From contig DASYKU010000112.1 in NCBI GenBank assembly GCA_035995165.1, forward strand, positions 2,377 through 66,376: a stretch of 64,000 nt of DNA, read 5' to 3'. Position 1 is the stretch's first letter. Each line of letters begins with the position of its first letter. A program made the translations under genes and the position numbers. The stretch is from Mycobacteriales bacterium. GTDB taxonomy: Bacteria > Actinomycetota > Actinomycetes > Mycobacteriales > CADCTP01. A model generated the notes under the pieces. It did not search any database, was not told the DNA's origin, and was given only the letters and a program-made list of their open reading frames with translations. This document shows, one piece after another, positions 35,660 to 44,225 of this stretch.

Positions 35660-36444
35660 CCGCGCCCGGCCGGGTCGCGGTCGTCAACGGCGGCGCCCGT
35701 GGCATCGGCGCCGAGGTGTGCGGGCAGCTGGCCGCGGCCGGTGCGGCGGTGGCGGTGCTCGACATTGACGCCGGGGCGGCCGGCGAGCGGGCGGCCGAGC
35801 TGGCCGACCGCGGCGGCGCCGCGGTCGGCGTCGGCTGCGACATCGCCGACGAGGCGGCGGTGGAGGCGGCCTTCGCCCGGGTCGACGCCGAGCTGGGACC
35901 GGCCACCGTGCTGGTCAACAACGCCGGCATCAACCTGCGGCAGCCGCCGCTCGAACTGGACCTGGTCGGGTGGCACCGGACGCTGGCGGTGAACCTCACC
36001 GGCTACTTCCTCTGCGCCCGGGCGGCCGCCGCCCGGATGATTCCGGCCGGTGGCGGGTCGATCGTCAACGTGTCCTCGATCGCCGGCAGCAGCGCGCTCG
36101 GCCGGGGCAACCTCGCGTACGCGGTGTCCAAGGGCGGGGTGGACGCGCTGACCCGGGAGCTGGCGGTCGAGTGGGCCGGCGCTGGCATCCGGGTCAACGG
36201 GGTGGCTCCCTGCCAGGTCGCCACGGCCGGCTTCGTCTCGGTGGAACAGACCCGGACGGCGGCCGGCGACAGCACCGCCACCGACTACCGCCGGGGCATC
36301 CCGCTGGGCCGACCGGCCCGGCCGGAGGAGATCGCGGCGGCCGTCGTCTTCCTCGCCTCGGACGCCGCCAGCATGATCACCGGTGTGCTGCTCCCGGTGG
36401 ACGGCGGCAACCTCGCGCTCAACGCCGGCGGAACCGTCGGCTGA
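35656..36444 (+). CDS. SDR-family oxidoreductase
   Basis: C-terminal 262 aa of ORF 34723..36444. GTG at 35656 (GTGA overlap). Motifs NGGARGIG, NNAG and YAVSKGG. Confidence 0.88.
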   Translation: MTAPGRVAVVNGGARGIGAEVCGQLAAAGAAVAVLDIDAGAAGERAAELADRGGAAVGVGCDIADEAAVEAAFARVDAELGPATVLVNNAGINLRQPPLELDLVGWHRTLAVNLTGYFLCARAAAARMIPAGGGSIVNVSSIAGSSALGRGNLAYAVSKGGVDALTRELAVEWAGAGIRVNGVAPCQVATAGFVSVEQTRTAAGDSTATDYRRGIPLGRPARPEEIAAAVVFLASDAASMITGVLLPVDGGNLALNAGGTVG

Positions 36445-36498
36445 CCGGAACACCCGACAAGCACAGCACAGCCCGACAAGCAGAGCACAGGAGGACTC

Positions 36499-36744
36499 GT
36501 GGCGCGGCTCGACGTGACCGTCCCCTCGTACGGCATGACCGAGGGCGACACCTATATCCAGAAGTGGCTGGTGACGGCCGGCTCGGCGGTGGCCGAGGGG
36601 GCGCCGCTGGTGCTGGTCGAGACGGCCAAGGCCGAGACCGAGATCGAGTCGCCGGTCGCCGGCGTGGTCGGCGATCTGCTCTGCGAGGCGGACACCGAGG
36701 TCCCGCCGGGCACCGTGCTGACCTGGATCGAGAGTGTGGGCTGA
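36499..36744 (+). CDS. stand-alone lipoyl (biotinyl/lipoyl attachment) domain protein, 81 aa
   Basis: ORF 36499..36744, GTG start. Flattened beta-barrel pattern with VLVETAKAETEIESPVAGVV (candidate lipoyl-lysine in TAKAE). No E2 catalytic domain follows. Confidence 0.75.
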   Translation: MARLDVTVPSYGMTEGDTYIQKWLVTAGSAVAEGAPLVLVETAKAETEIESPVAGVVGDLLCEADTEVPPGTVLTWIESVG

Positions 36745-37799
36745 TGACGATCCTCGATCGCCAGTCGGCCGGCGGGGCCTCCTCGCCGGAGCTGGCACCG
36801 CTCGACCTGACCGGGGTGGACCGCGGGCAGGCCGAGAGCTGGCTGGCCTCGATGAGCCTGATCCGGCAGTTCGAGACGGTGGCCGAGCCGCTGGTGATGG
36901 CCGGCAAGATCCCCGGCGGCATGCACTCCGCCATCGGGCAGGAGGCGACCGCGGTCGGCGTCATCAGCGCGCTGGCCGAGGGCGACATCGTCACCGGCAC
37001 CCACCGCAGCCACCACGTCACGCTGGCCAAGGGCCTGCCGCCGCGGGAGGTGATGGCCGAGCTCTACGGCAAGGCCACCGGCTCGCTCGGCGGCCGGGGC
37101 GGCCACATGCACCTGGCCGACGTCGGCCGCGGCCACTTCGGCTCCAACGGGATCGTCGGCGCCGGCCTCGGCCTCGCCCTCGGCGCCGCGCTCGGCTCCT
37201 CGGTCGGCCACCGCGGCCAGGTCGCGGTCGGCTTCTTCGGCGACGGCGCCGCCAACATCGGCCGGGTCTGGGAGTACGTCAACCTGGCCGTGGTGTGGCA
37301 GCTGCCGCTGGTGGTGGTGTGTGAGAACAACCTCTACGCGGTGGAGACCCCGTACGCGCAGGTGACCGGTGGCGGCGACATCGCCGCGCGGGCCCGCGGC
37401 TTCGGGCTGCCGGCGGAGAAGGTGGACGGGCAGGACGTGGCCGCGATGCACCGGGCCGCCGCCGCCGCGGTGCAGCGGGCCCGGGCCGGCGGGGGCCCGA
37501 CCTTTATCGAATCGCTGACCTACCGACTCGGCGGGCACGACGTGGGGGACCGGGAGACGTACCGGACCCGGGAGGAGGTGGAGCGCTGGCGGGCGGCCCA
37601 GGACCCGGTGCTCCGGCTCGCCGCCGCGGCCCAGCTGGCCGGGCTGCTGTCGGCCGACGACGTGGCCGCCGCGCTGGCCGCCGCCGAGAAGGCGGTCGCC
37701 GAGGCGGTCGAGTACGCCGAGGCCTCGCCGTTCCCCGACCCCGGCACGCTGCTGACCGGCGTGACCGCCACCGACCTGCGGATCCGGAGCAACCCATGA
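36744..37799 (+). CDS. ThDP-dependent 2-oxoacid/acetoin dehydrogenase E1 component, alpha subunit
   Basis: C-terminal 351 aa of ORF 35970..37799. ATG at 36744 shares its A with the upstream TGA. Motifs HSAIGQEA, GGRGGHMH, GDGAANIG and CENNLYA. Confidence 0.9.
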   Translation: MTILDRQSAGGASSPELAPLDLTGVDRGQAESWLASMSLIRQFETVAEPLVMAGKIPGGMHSAIGQEATAVGVISALAEGDIVTGTHRSHHVTLAKGLPPREVMAELYGKATGSLGGRGGHMHLADVGRGHFGSNGIVGAGLGLALGAALGSSVGHRGQVAVGFFGDGAANIGRVWEYVNLAVVWQLPLVVVCENNLYAVETPYAQVTGGGDIAARARGFGLPAEKVDGQDVAAMHRAAAAAVQRARAGGGPTFIESLTYRLGGHDVGDRETYRTREEVERWRAAQDPVLRLAAAAQLAGLLSADDVAAALAAAEKAVAEAVEYAEASPFPDPGTLLTGVTATDLRIRSNP

Positions 37800-38776
37800 G
37801 CCCGCGCGTGACCCTGTCCCAGGCCTATCGGCAGGGCCTGGCCGAGGAGATGCGGGCCGACCCGTCGATCCTGGTCTACGGCACCGACCTGTTCGAGCGC
37901 GGCGGCCACTGGGGCCAGGTCCGCGGGCTCGGCGACGAGTTCGGCCGGGACCGGGTGCGCAACGCGCCGATCTCCGAGGCGGCCATGGTCGCGGCCGGGG
38001 TCGGCGCGGCGATGAACGGCCTGCGCCCGGTGGTCGACCTCAACTTCATCGACTTCGCCTTCGGCGCGATGGACGAGATCGTCAACCAGGCGGCCAAGGT
38101 GCGCTACATGTGGGGCGCGCCGATGCCGCTGGTCATCCGCGGCACCAACGGGGTGGCCGGGGGAGGGGCGCAGCACAACAACTCGATCGAGTCCTGGTTC
38201 GCGCACACCCCCGGGCTGCTGGTGGCGATGCCCTCGACGCCGGCCGACACCAAGGGGCTGATCAAGTCCGCGCTGCGCGGCCAGGACCCGGTCATCTTCC
38301 TCATGCACAAGCTGCTGGCCGGGCTGCGCGGGGAGGTCGGCGGCGAGGAGGACCTGGTGCCGTTCGGGCGGGGCGTCGTCCGCCGGCCGGGCCGGGATGT
38401 CACCATCGCCACCTACGGGGTGACGGTGTCCCGGTCGGTGGCCGCGGCCGAGCAGCTGGCCGCGGAGGGGGTCGAGGTGGAGGTGCTGGACCTGCGTACG
38501 GTGGCGCCGCTCGACCTGGAGCTGGTGGAGGACAGCGTCCGCCGCACCCGCCGGCTGGTGGTGGTGACCGAGGCGCCGCGGCACGGCGGGATCGGCGCCG
38601 AGATCGCGGCCGCGCTGGCCGAGTCGCTGCACGGCGAGCTGGACGGGCCGGTGCTGCGGGTCGGCGCGCCGCACGTGCCCACCCCGCATAGCCCCACCCT
38701 GCTTGCCGCGGCCACCCCGACCGCGGAGGACATCGCCCGGGCGGTGCGCCTGGCCGTACCGGCCCGTGCCGCCTGA
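37796..38776 (+). CDS. 2-oxoacid/acetoin dehydrogenase E1 component, beta subunit
   Basis: ORF 37796..38776 (ATGA overlap). Motifs RVRNAPISEAAM and EVEVLDLRTVAPLD. Confidence 0.92.
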   Translation: MSPRVTLSQAYRQGLAEEMRADPSILVYGTDLFERGGHWGQVRGLGDEFGRDRVRNAPISEAAMVAAGVGAAMNGLRPVVDLNFIDFAFGAMDEIVNQAAKVRYMWGAPMPLVIRGTNGVAGGGAQHNNSIESWFAHTPGLLVAMPSTPADTKGLIKSALRGQDPVIFLMHKLLAGLRGEVGGEEDLVPFGRGVVRRPGRDVTIATYGVTVSRSVAAAEQLAAEGVEVEVLDLRTVAPLDLELVEDSVRRTRRLVVVTEAPRHGGIGAEIAAALAESLHGELDGPVLRVGAPHVPTPHSPTLLAAATPTAEDIARAVRLAVPARAA

Positions 38777-39503
38777 GCCGGCCGCCGGACCGCCGGTCGC
38801 GGTGGTGACCGGCGGGGCCCGGGGGATCGGGGCGGCCGTCGCCGCCGGCCTGCGCGCGGACGGGTACGCGGTGGCCACCCTGGACCTGCTGCCGGCCGAC
38901 CCGCCGCCGGGCCACCTGCACCTGGTCGCCGACGTCGCCGACGCCGGCGCGGTGACGGCCGCGGTGGAGCAGGTGGCCGACCGATACGGCCGGATCGACG
39001 CGCTGGTCAACAACGCCGGCATCATCGACGTGCACGCGGTGCACGACACCCCGGAGGATGTCTGGGACCGGGTGATCGCGGTGAACCTCAAGTCCGTCTA
39101 CCTGCTGTCGCGGGCGGTGATCCCGCGGCTGCCGGCGGGCGGCAGCATCGTCAACATCGCATCCGTGCACGCGCTGGCCACCGTGCCGCGGGCGGCGGCG
39201 TACGCGGCCAGCAAGGGCGCCGTGCTGGCGCTGACCCGGCAGATGGCGCTGGATTACTACGACGCCGGGATCCGGGTCAACGCGGTCGTGGTCGGCAGCG
39301 TCGAGACCGAGATGTCGGTGCGGCACGGGGCGGGCATGGCCCGGGACGGCGTTCGGGTGGCCGCGTCGGGCGGCGCGATCGGCCGGACCGCGGAGCCGGC
39401 CGAGGTGGCCGAGGCGGTGCGGTTCCTGGTCTCGCCGCGGGCGTCGTTCGTCACCGGGTCGCCGTTCGTGGTGGACGGTGGGATGCTGGCCCGCCTCGTC
39501 TGA
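38766..39503 (+). CDS. SDR-family oxidoreductase
   Basis: ORF 38703..39503. Preferred start is GTG 38766 (11-nt overlap with E1 beta). Motifs TGGARGIG, NNAG and YAASKGA. Confidence 0.85.
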   Translation: MPPEPAAGPPVAVVTGGARGIGAAVAAGLRADGYAVATLDLLPADPPPGHLHLVADVADAGAVTAAVEQVADRYGRIDALVNNAGIIDVHAVHDTPEDVWDRVIAVNLKSVYLLSRAVIPRLPAGGSIVNIASVHALATVPRAAAYAASKGAVLALTRQMALDYYDAGIRVNAVVVGSVETEMSVRHGAGMARDGVRVAASGGAIGRTAEPAEVAEAVRFLVSPRASFVTGSPFVVDGGMLARLV

Positions 39504-39506
39504 GCC

Positions 39507-40466
39507 TCAGCGGGAGCCGCGCACGGCCAGGTTGCCGTGCTCGATCCCGCCCTGCCCGAGCCAGCCCAGCAGGTCCTCGACGGTCCAGCTGGCCAGCCGC
39601 CACATGGACCGCTCCGAGTACGCGGCCACGTGCGGGCTGAACAGCGTGTTCGGCGCCGCCAGCAGCGGCGAGCCGGCCGGCAGCGGCTCGGTGCCGAAGA
39701 CGTCCAGGCCGGCCCCGCCGAGGTGGCCGGAGACGAGCAGCTCGGCCAGCGCGTCCTCGTCCACGATGCCGCCCCGGGCCACGTTGACCACTACCGCGCC
39801 GGCCGGCAGCCGGCCCAGCTCGGCCCGGCCGAGCAACCCCCGGGTGGCGTCGGTGAGCGGCGAGTGCACGCTCACCAGGGCGCTGCGGTCGAGCAGCGCG
39901 TCGAGGTCGTCGACCTGACGCACCGCCGGCGGCAGCCGGCGCGCGTACGGGTCGTAGGCGATCACCTCGCGGACGAGCGGGGCGGCCAGTCGGGCGGTCT
40001 CGGCGCCGATCCGGCCGCAGCCGACCAGGCCCAGCGTCAGCTCGTCCAGCGGTGCCAGCGGGGTCAGCGCGAACGGTCCCTGCCAGCCGCCGCGGACGAA
40101 CCGGTCCGAGTACGGCAGTCTGCGTTGCAGCGCCAGCAGCATCGCGACGGCCTGGGTGGCCACCTCGGTCGCTCCGTACCCGGGCTGGTTGACCACCGTG
40201 ATGCCCAGCTCGGCGCAGGTGTCCAGGTCGATGGAGTCCAGCCCGACCCCGGTCCGGCCGATCGCCCGCACCGACGGGGCGAGGCCGCGCAGCGCCGGGG
40301 CGTCCAGCGCGTGGGTGGCGACCACGACAGCGGCGGCGCCGTAGGTCGCGGCGGGATCGGCCAGGTCGGCGACCCGCAGCGCACAGCGGTCGCGGTAGCG
40401 CTCGACCACCGCGTCGGGGTCGGGAAAGGTGCCGGTGGCGATCACCAGCAGCGGCCGGTCGGTCAT
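39507..40466 (-). CDS. D-isomer-specific 2-hydroxyacid dehydrogenase family protein
   Basis: ORF 39507..40466. Motifs GLVGCGRIG, NVARGGIVD and LDVFGTEP...SPHVA. Confidence 0.88.
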   Translation of the reverse strand: MTDRPLLVIATGTFPDPDAVVERYRDRCALRVADLADPAATYGAAAVVVATHALDAPALRGLAPSVRAIGRTGVGLDSIDLDTCAELGITVVNQPGYGATEVATQAVAMLLALQRRLPYSDRFVRGGWQGPFALTPLAPLDELTLGLVGCGRIGAETARLAAPLVREVIAYDPYARRLPPAVRQVDDLDALLDRSALVSVHSPLTDATRGLLGRAELGRLPAGAVVVNVARGGIVDEDALAELLVSGHLGGAGLDVFGTEPLPAGSPLLAAPNTLFSPHVAAYSERSMWRLASWTVEDLLGWLGQGGIEHGNLAVRGSR

Positions 40467-41539
40467 GGGGTCCTCTCGTCAGTGGGAAGCAGGGCGAACC
40501 GGCCGAGCTCGGCGCCGGCGGGGCCGAGCAGTGCGGTGACCTCGAGGCGAATGGTGTCCGGCACCGGGATGCCCGCCGTGCTCCGGGTCGTTCGGGCGGT
40601 GGTCTCGACCTCGCCGGGCAGGAACACCGCCGGCTCCCGGCCGCCGCCCGGGGCCTCGTGCACCCGGTCGGCGAACGCGGCCGCGCCGGCGGCGAACCCG
40701 GCCGGGTCGGTGAAGGCATCCACCGACAGAGCCAGCAGGACGGTGCCGTTGCCGCCGCCGTAGTCCGGCATGGGCGCCGCGCCCATTCCGGACAACAGCC
40801 CGCCGACCAGCTCGATCATGAAGCTCAGCCCGCTGCCCTTGTGGCCGCCGAAGGGCAGCAGGGCGCCGCCGGCGTAGAGGTCGGCGGGGTCCGTGCTGGG
40901 CCGGCCGCCGGCGTCGATCAAGGTGCCGGGCGCGACCGGCTCGGCCCGGGCCAGGCTGAGGCGGACCTTGCCCTCGGCGGCGGCGGCGGTGGAGAAGTCG
41001 AGCACCAGCGCCGGGCCGCCGGCCCGCGGCGCCGCCCACGCCAGCGGGTTGGTGCCGAAGGTGCGCCGGCTGCCGCCGCTGGGCGCGACGATCGGCCCGG
41101 AGTTGCAGAAGGCCAGGCCGACGCAGCCGGCGCCGGCCAGCGTCTCGACGTACTCGCCGAGCCGGCCGATGTGGTTGCACCGGGTGATGGTCACCGCGCT
41201 CACTCCGTGCTCGGCGGCCAGCTCGGCCGCGGTCCGGGTGGCCAGCCGGGCGGCCGGTTGCCCCAACCCCCAGTGCCCGTCCACCACCGCGGTGCCGCCG
41301 CGGGTGCGGGCCCGCTCGGGCCGGCCGGCCGGGTCGACCTGGCCGTTGGCGATCCAGCCGGCGTACTGGAGCAGCCGCTGCACGCCGTGCGAGTCGTGCC
41401 CCCGCAGATTGGCCGTGACTAGGGCGTCCGCGGTGATCGCGGCCAGGTCGGCCGGGGTGCCCAGCGCCGCCAGCACCCGCCGGCAGACCGCGTCCAGCTC
41501 GGCCGCGGCGAAGCTGGTCTCCGCCGATCTATCCGTCAT
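40463..41539 (-). CDS. Ldh_2 family oxidoreductase (malate/L-lactate/sulfolactate dehydrogenase type 2)
   Basis: ORF 40463..41539. Motifs LRGHDSHGV, GTNPLAWAAP and GGHKGSGLSFMIELV. ATGA overlap with the downstream gene. Confidence 0.88.
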   Translation of the reverse strand: MTDRSAETSFAAAELDAVCRRVLAALGTPADLAAITADALVTANLRGHDSHGVQRLLQYAGWIANGQVDPAGRPERARTRGGTAVVDGHWGLGQPAARLATRTAAELAAEHGVSAVTITRCNHIGRLGEYVETLAGAGCVGLAFCNSGPIVAPSGGSRRTFGTNPLAWAAPRAGGPALVLDFSTAAAAEGKVRLSLARAEPVAPGTLIDAGGRPSTDPADLYAGGALLPFGGHKGSGLSFMIELVGGLLSGMGAAPMPDYGGGNGTVLLALSVDAFTDPAGFAAGAAAFADRVHEAPGGGREPAVFLPGEVETTARTTRSTAGIPVPDTIRLEVTALLGPAGAELGRFALLPTDERTP

Positions 41540-41541
41540 TC

Positions 41542-41568
41542 GTTAACAACTAGCAGTTGACGCTAGGC
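41542..41568. promoter_or_regulatory. two GTT(A/G)AC cores (GTTAACAACTAGC, GTTGACGCTAGGC), candidate operator
   Basis: Lies immediately upstream of the Ldh_2 start, in the 264-bp Ldh_2/SBP divergent gap. Confidence 0.35.
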
Positions 41569-41768
41569 GGGGCAAGCTCCATGATGAGGCCCGCGACACA
41601 CCCCCGTAATGCCCGCGGGCGGCCGGTCCCGCCCCGCTCTGTCGACGACGACGACAGTCGAGGAGAGACATGAAAGATCGGGTCGATCACCGACATCGAT
41701 GCGAACACGTGCCGACCTGCGCGACTGCCTGGTCAGCGGCAAGGGCGGAGTGTAACCTCCGCGTAATT

Positions 41769-41781
41769 GTTTACAGTAACC
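41769..41781. promoter_or_regulatory. GTTTACAGTAACC, candidate operator
   Basis: Lies 23 bp upstream of the sugar-SBP GTG start. Confidence 0.4.
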
Positions 41782-41803
41782 AATCTCACGGAAGAGGTAT
41801 CAG

Positions 41804-43177
41804 GTGACTGGACCACGAGCGAGGCGCGTAGCCCCGCTGGCCCTCGCGCTGGCGGCCGCCCTCGTCTTGACGGCTTGTGGCTCGGACTCCAAGGACTCCA
41901 CGGAGTCCGGCGGGTCCGGGTCGGGCGACGTGGCGAAGGAGATCACCATCTGGTCGAACTCCAACGTGTTCTGGGACTGGCAGAAGGCCAACCTGGCACC
42001 GTTCACCCAGCAGACCGGGATCAAGGTGAACTACACCCAGATCCCCGACGCCAGCATCATCGACAAGACGGCGCTGGCGCAGCGCTCGAAGTCCGACGAG
42101 TTCGCGATGTACGAGGGCCCGACCTCGCTGATCGCGCAGGACGTCCAGCTCACCGGTGGCGGCACCGACCTCAAGCCGTACGTCGACAACACCTCGCTGA
42201 CCGGTTCCGACTTCAACTTCAGCGACTTCGCCAAGGGCGGCATCAAGGACTGCACGTTCAAGGGCACGCTGCACTGCCTGCCGGTGTTCGTCGACGGCGG
42301 CGTGCTGGCGGTGAACAAGAAGCTGCTGTCCCAGGCCGGCGTCACCAAGTCGCCCACGACCTGGGCCGAGACGATCGCGGCGGCTGACGCGGTGACCCAG
42401 AAGACCGGCACGCCCGGCTGGTGCACCCGGGGCAGCCAGGCCGGCGCGGCCATCGCCACCGCCAACCAGATGCTCAGCTACTACATCCCGTTCAACGCCA
42501 GCAACCAGGGCTTCTTCGTCGACCAGAACTACAAGTCCCTGCTCGACTCGCCCGGCGCGGTGCAGTGGGCGAACGACTACCAGCACCTGATGACCAAGGA
42601 CGCCCCCAAGGGCATCGGCACCTACACCCTGACCAACTGCCAGAACGACTTCGACCAGGGCAAGGTCGCCATGATGTGGGACGGCATAGTGGTGTTCAAC
42701 AAGAACGAGCTGAGCCCGGCGGCCGGGTCGCCGCTGGCCGGCAACGTCGACTTCGTCGAGCCGTCCTGCCCGGGCAGTGACCCGTGCGTCGCGACCGGTC
42801 CGTGGGGGATGTTCCTCAACCCGCGGGCGAGCAAGCCGCAGCAGGCCGCGGCCTGGAAGCTCATGCAGTACCTGTCCTCGCCGAAGGTGCTGACCGACCA
42901 GATCACGGCGACCGGCGTGCCGGCCCTGGCGGTCCGCAACTCGACCACCGAGCAGACCTTCCCGGGGGTCCCGGCCAGCGTGCTGACCGCGCTGAAGTGG
43001 GTCGGCGCGAACTCGGTGCCCAACCCGTTCCCGCCGTCGTCGGTGTTCAACGAGAGTCAGGACGCCTACCAGACGTCGATCTCCCAGATCGTCGCCGGCA
43101 AGGACGTCAACGCGGCCATGAAGGCCGCGGCCGACGGCCAGAACCAGGTGTTCAAGCAGGCCGGCCTGCAGAACTGA
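41804..43177 (+). CDS. carbohydrate ABC transporter substrate-binding lipoprotein (CUT1, family 1 SBP)
   Basis: ORF 41804..43177, GTG after ggaagagg. Signal peptide with lipobox LTAC. Confidence 0.88.
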   Translation: MTGPRARRVAPLALALAAALVLTACGSDSKDSTESGGSGSGDVAKEITIWSNSNVFWDWQKANLAPFTQQTGIKVNYTQIPDASIIDKTALAQRSKSDEFAMYEGPTSLIAQDVQLTGGGTDLKPYVDNTSLTGSDFNFSDFAKGGIKDCTFKGTLHCLPVFVDGGVLAVNKKLLSQAGVTKSPTTWAETIAAADAVTQKTGTPGWCTRGSQAGAAIATANQMLSYYIPFNASNQGFFVDQNYKSLLDSPGAVQWANDYQHLMTKDAPKGIGTYTLTNCQNDFDQGKVAMMWDGIVVFNKNELSPAAGSPLAGNVDFVEPSCPGSDPCVATGPWGMFLNPRASKPQQAAAWKLMQYLSSPKVLTDQITATGVPALAVRNSTTEQTFPGVPASVLTALKWVGANSVPNPFPPSSVFNESQDAYQTSISQIVAGKDVNAAMKAAADGQNQVFKQAGLQN

Positions 43178-43188
43178 GCGGAGCCCCG

Positions 43189-43227
43189 GCGGTGGCCGGC
43201 CGACGTGTCCCGTCGGCCGGTCACCGC
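43189..43227 (+). terminator. intercistronic hairpin, 16-bp stem with one G-U pair
   Basis: gcggtggccggccgac-gtgtccc-gtcggccggtcaccgc lies between the SBP and the first permease gene. Confidence 0.5.
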
Positions 43228-43262
43228 GCGTTCCGCCTTCCGCCGTCGAACAGGGGCAGCAC

Positions 43263-44225
43263 ATGAGCAACGACCTATCCGCCGACCCCGTCCCGCTGTC
43301 CCGCGGGGAGACGCGGGGCGAGCCCCGGCAGCGAGTGCGCGGGCCGGCCCGGGGTCTGCTGGCCCGCCTGGACCGGCACTTCTTCGCGCTGGCGGTGCTG
43401 CCCTCGTTCCTGGCTGTCTTCCTGGTCACGGTGCTGCCGTTCCTGGCCGGGCTGGGGCTGAGCTTCTCCAGCATCAGCAGCACGCACGACGGGATTTTCC
43501 CGCTCACCCTGCACAACTACAGCCGCATCGCCGGTGACGACCAGGCGAAGACCGTCCTGCGCAACACCTTCGAGTACGCCGGTGCCGCGGTGCTGCTCGA
43601 GGTCGTGCTCGGTGTCCTGCTGGCCGTGCTGCTGTCCCAGAAGAGCCGGATCATGCCGGGCTTCCGGGTGGTCTACTTGCTGCCGCTCACCGCGGCCAGC
43701 GTGGTCGCGGCGACGAGCTGGGGCGCGCTGCTGAATACCTCGCAGGGCTGGATCAACTACTGGCTCGGCCTGCTGCACCTGGGCCAGCCGAACTGGCTGG
43801 CCTCGACCAAGCTGGCGATGCCGTCGGTGGTCATCACCGAGCTGTGGAGCGGGGTGCCGGTGGTGGCCCTGCTGGTGCTGGCCGCGCTGCTCGGCGCGCC
43901 GCAGGACCCGATCGAGGCGGCCATGGTCGACGGGGCCACTGCCTGGCAGCGGTTCCGGTATGTCACGCTGCCGGCGGTCCGGCCGGTCATCGCGCTGGCC
44001 GCGCTGCTGCGGGTGGTGGCCGCGTTCCAGCAGTTCGCGCTGTTCCAGATCCTCACCGGCGGCGGCCCGGGACTGTCCACCACGGTGCTCAACTACTACG
44101 TCTACAAGCAGGCGTTTGCGTTCAACAACATCGGTTACGGGGCCGCGCTCGCCACCTTGATGGTCGGCCTGATGGCCATACCACTGGGGCTGCTGTTCGC
44201 CGCCTCGCGGAGGGGGCGGGCATGA
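43263..44225 (+). CDS. carbohydrate ABC transporter permease (MalF-like)
   Basis: ORF 43263..44225. Six TM helices. EAA loop ...DPIEAAMVDGATAWQRFRYVTLP. Confidence 0.9.
   Translation: MSNDLSADPVPLSRGETRGEPRQRVRGPARGLLARLDRHFFALAVLPSFLAVFLVTVLPFLAGLGLSFSSISSTHDGIFPLTLHNYSRIAGDDQAKTVLRNTFEYAGAAVLLEVVLGVLLAVLLSQKSRIMPGFRVVYLLPLTAASVVAATSWGALLNTSQGWINYWLGLLHLGQPNWLASTKLAMPSVVITELWSGVPVVALLVLAALLGAPQDPIEAAMVDGATAWQRFRYVTLPAVRPVIALAALLRVVAAFQQFALFQILTGGGPGLSTTVLNYYVYKQAFAFNNIGYGAALATLMVGLMAIPLGLLFAASRRGRA

Noticed and set aside
34778-39503. Reading the lipoyl/E1/SDR operon as part of a secondary-metabolite gene cluster
   Set aside because: No PKS, NRPS, ACP, terpene or tailoring genes are in the window. 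The neighbours are lactonase, FAH hydrolase, sugar transport and dehydrogenases, so a catabolic role is more likely.
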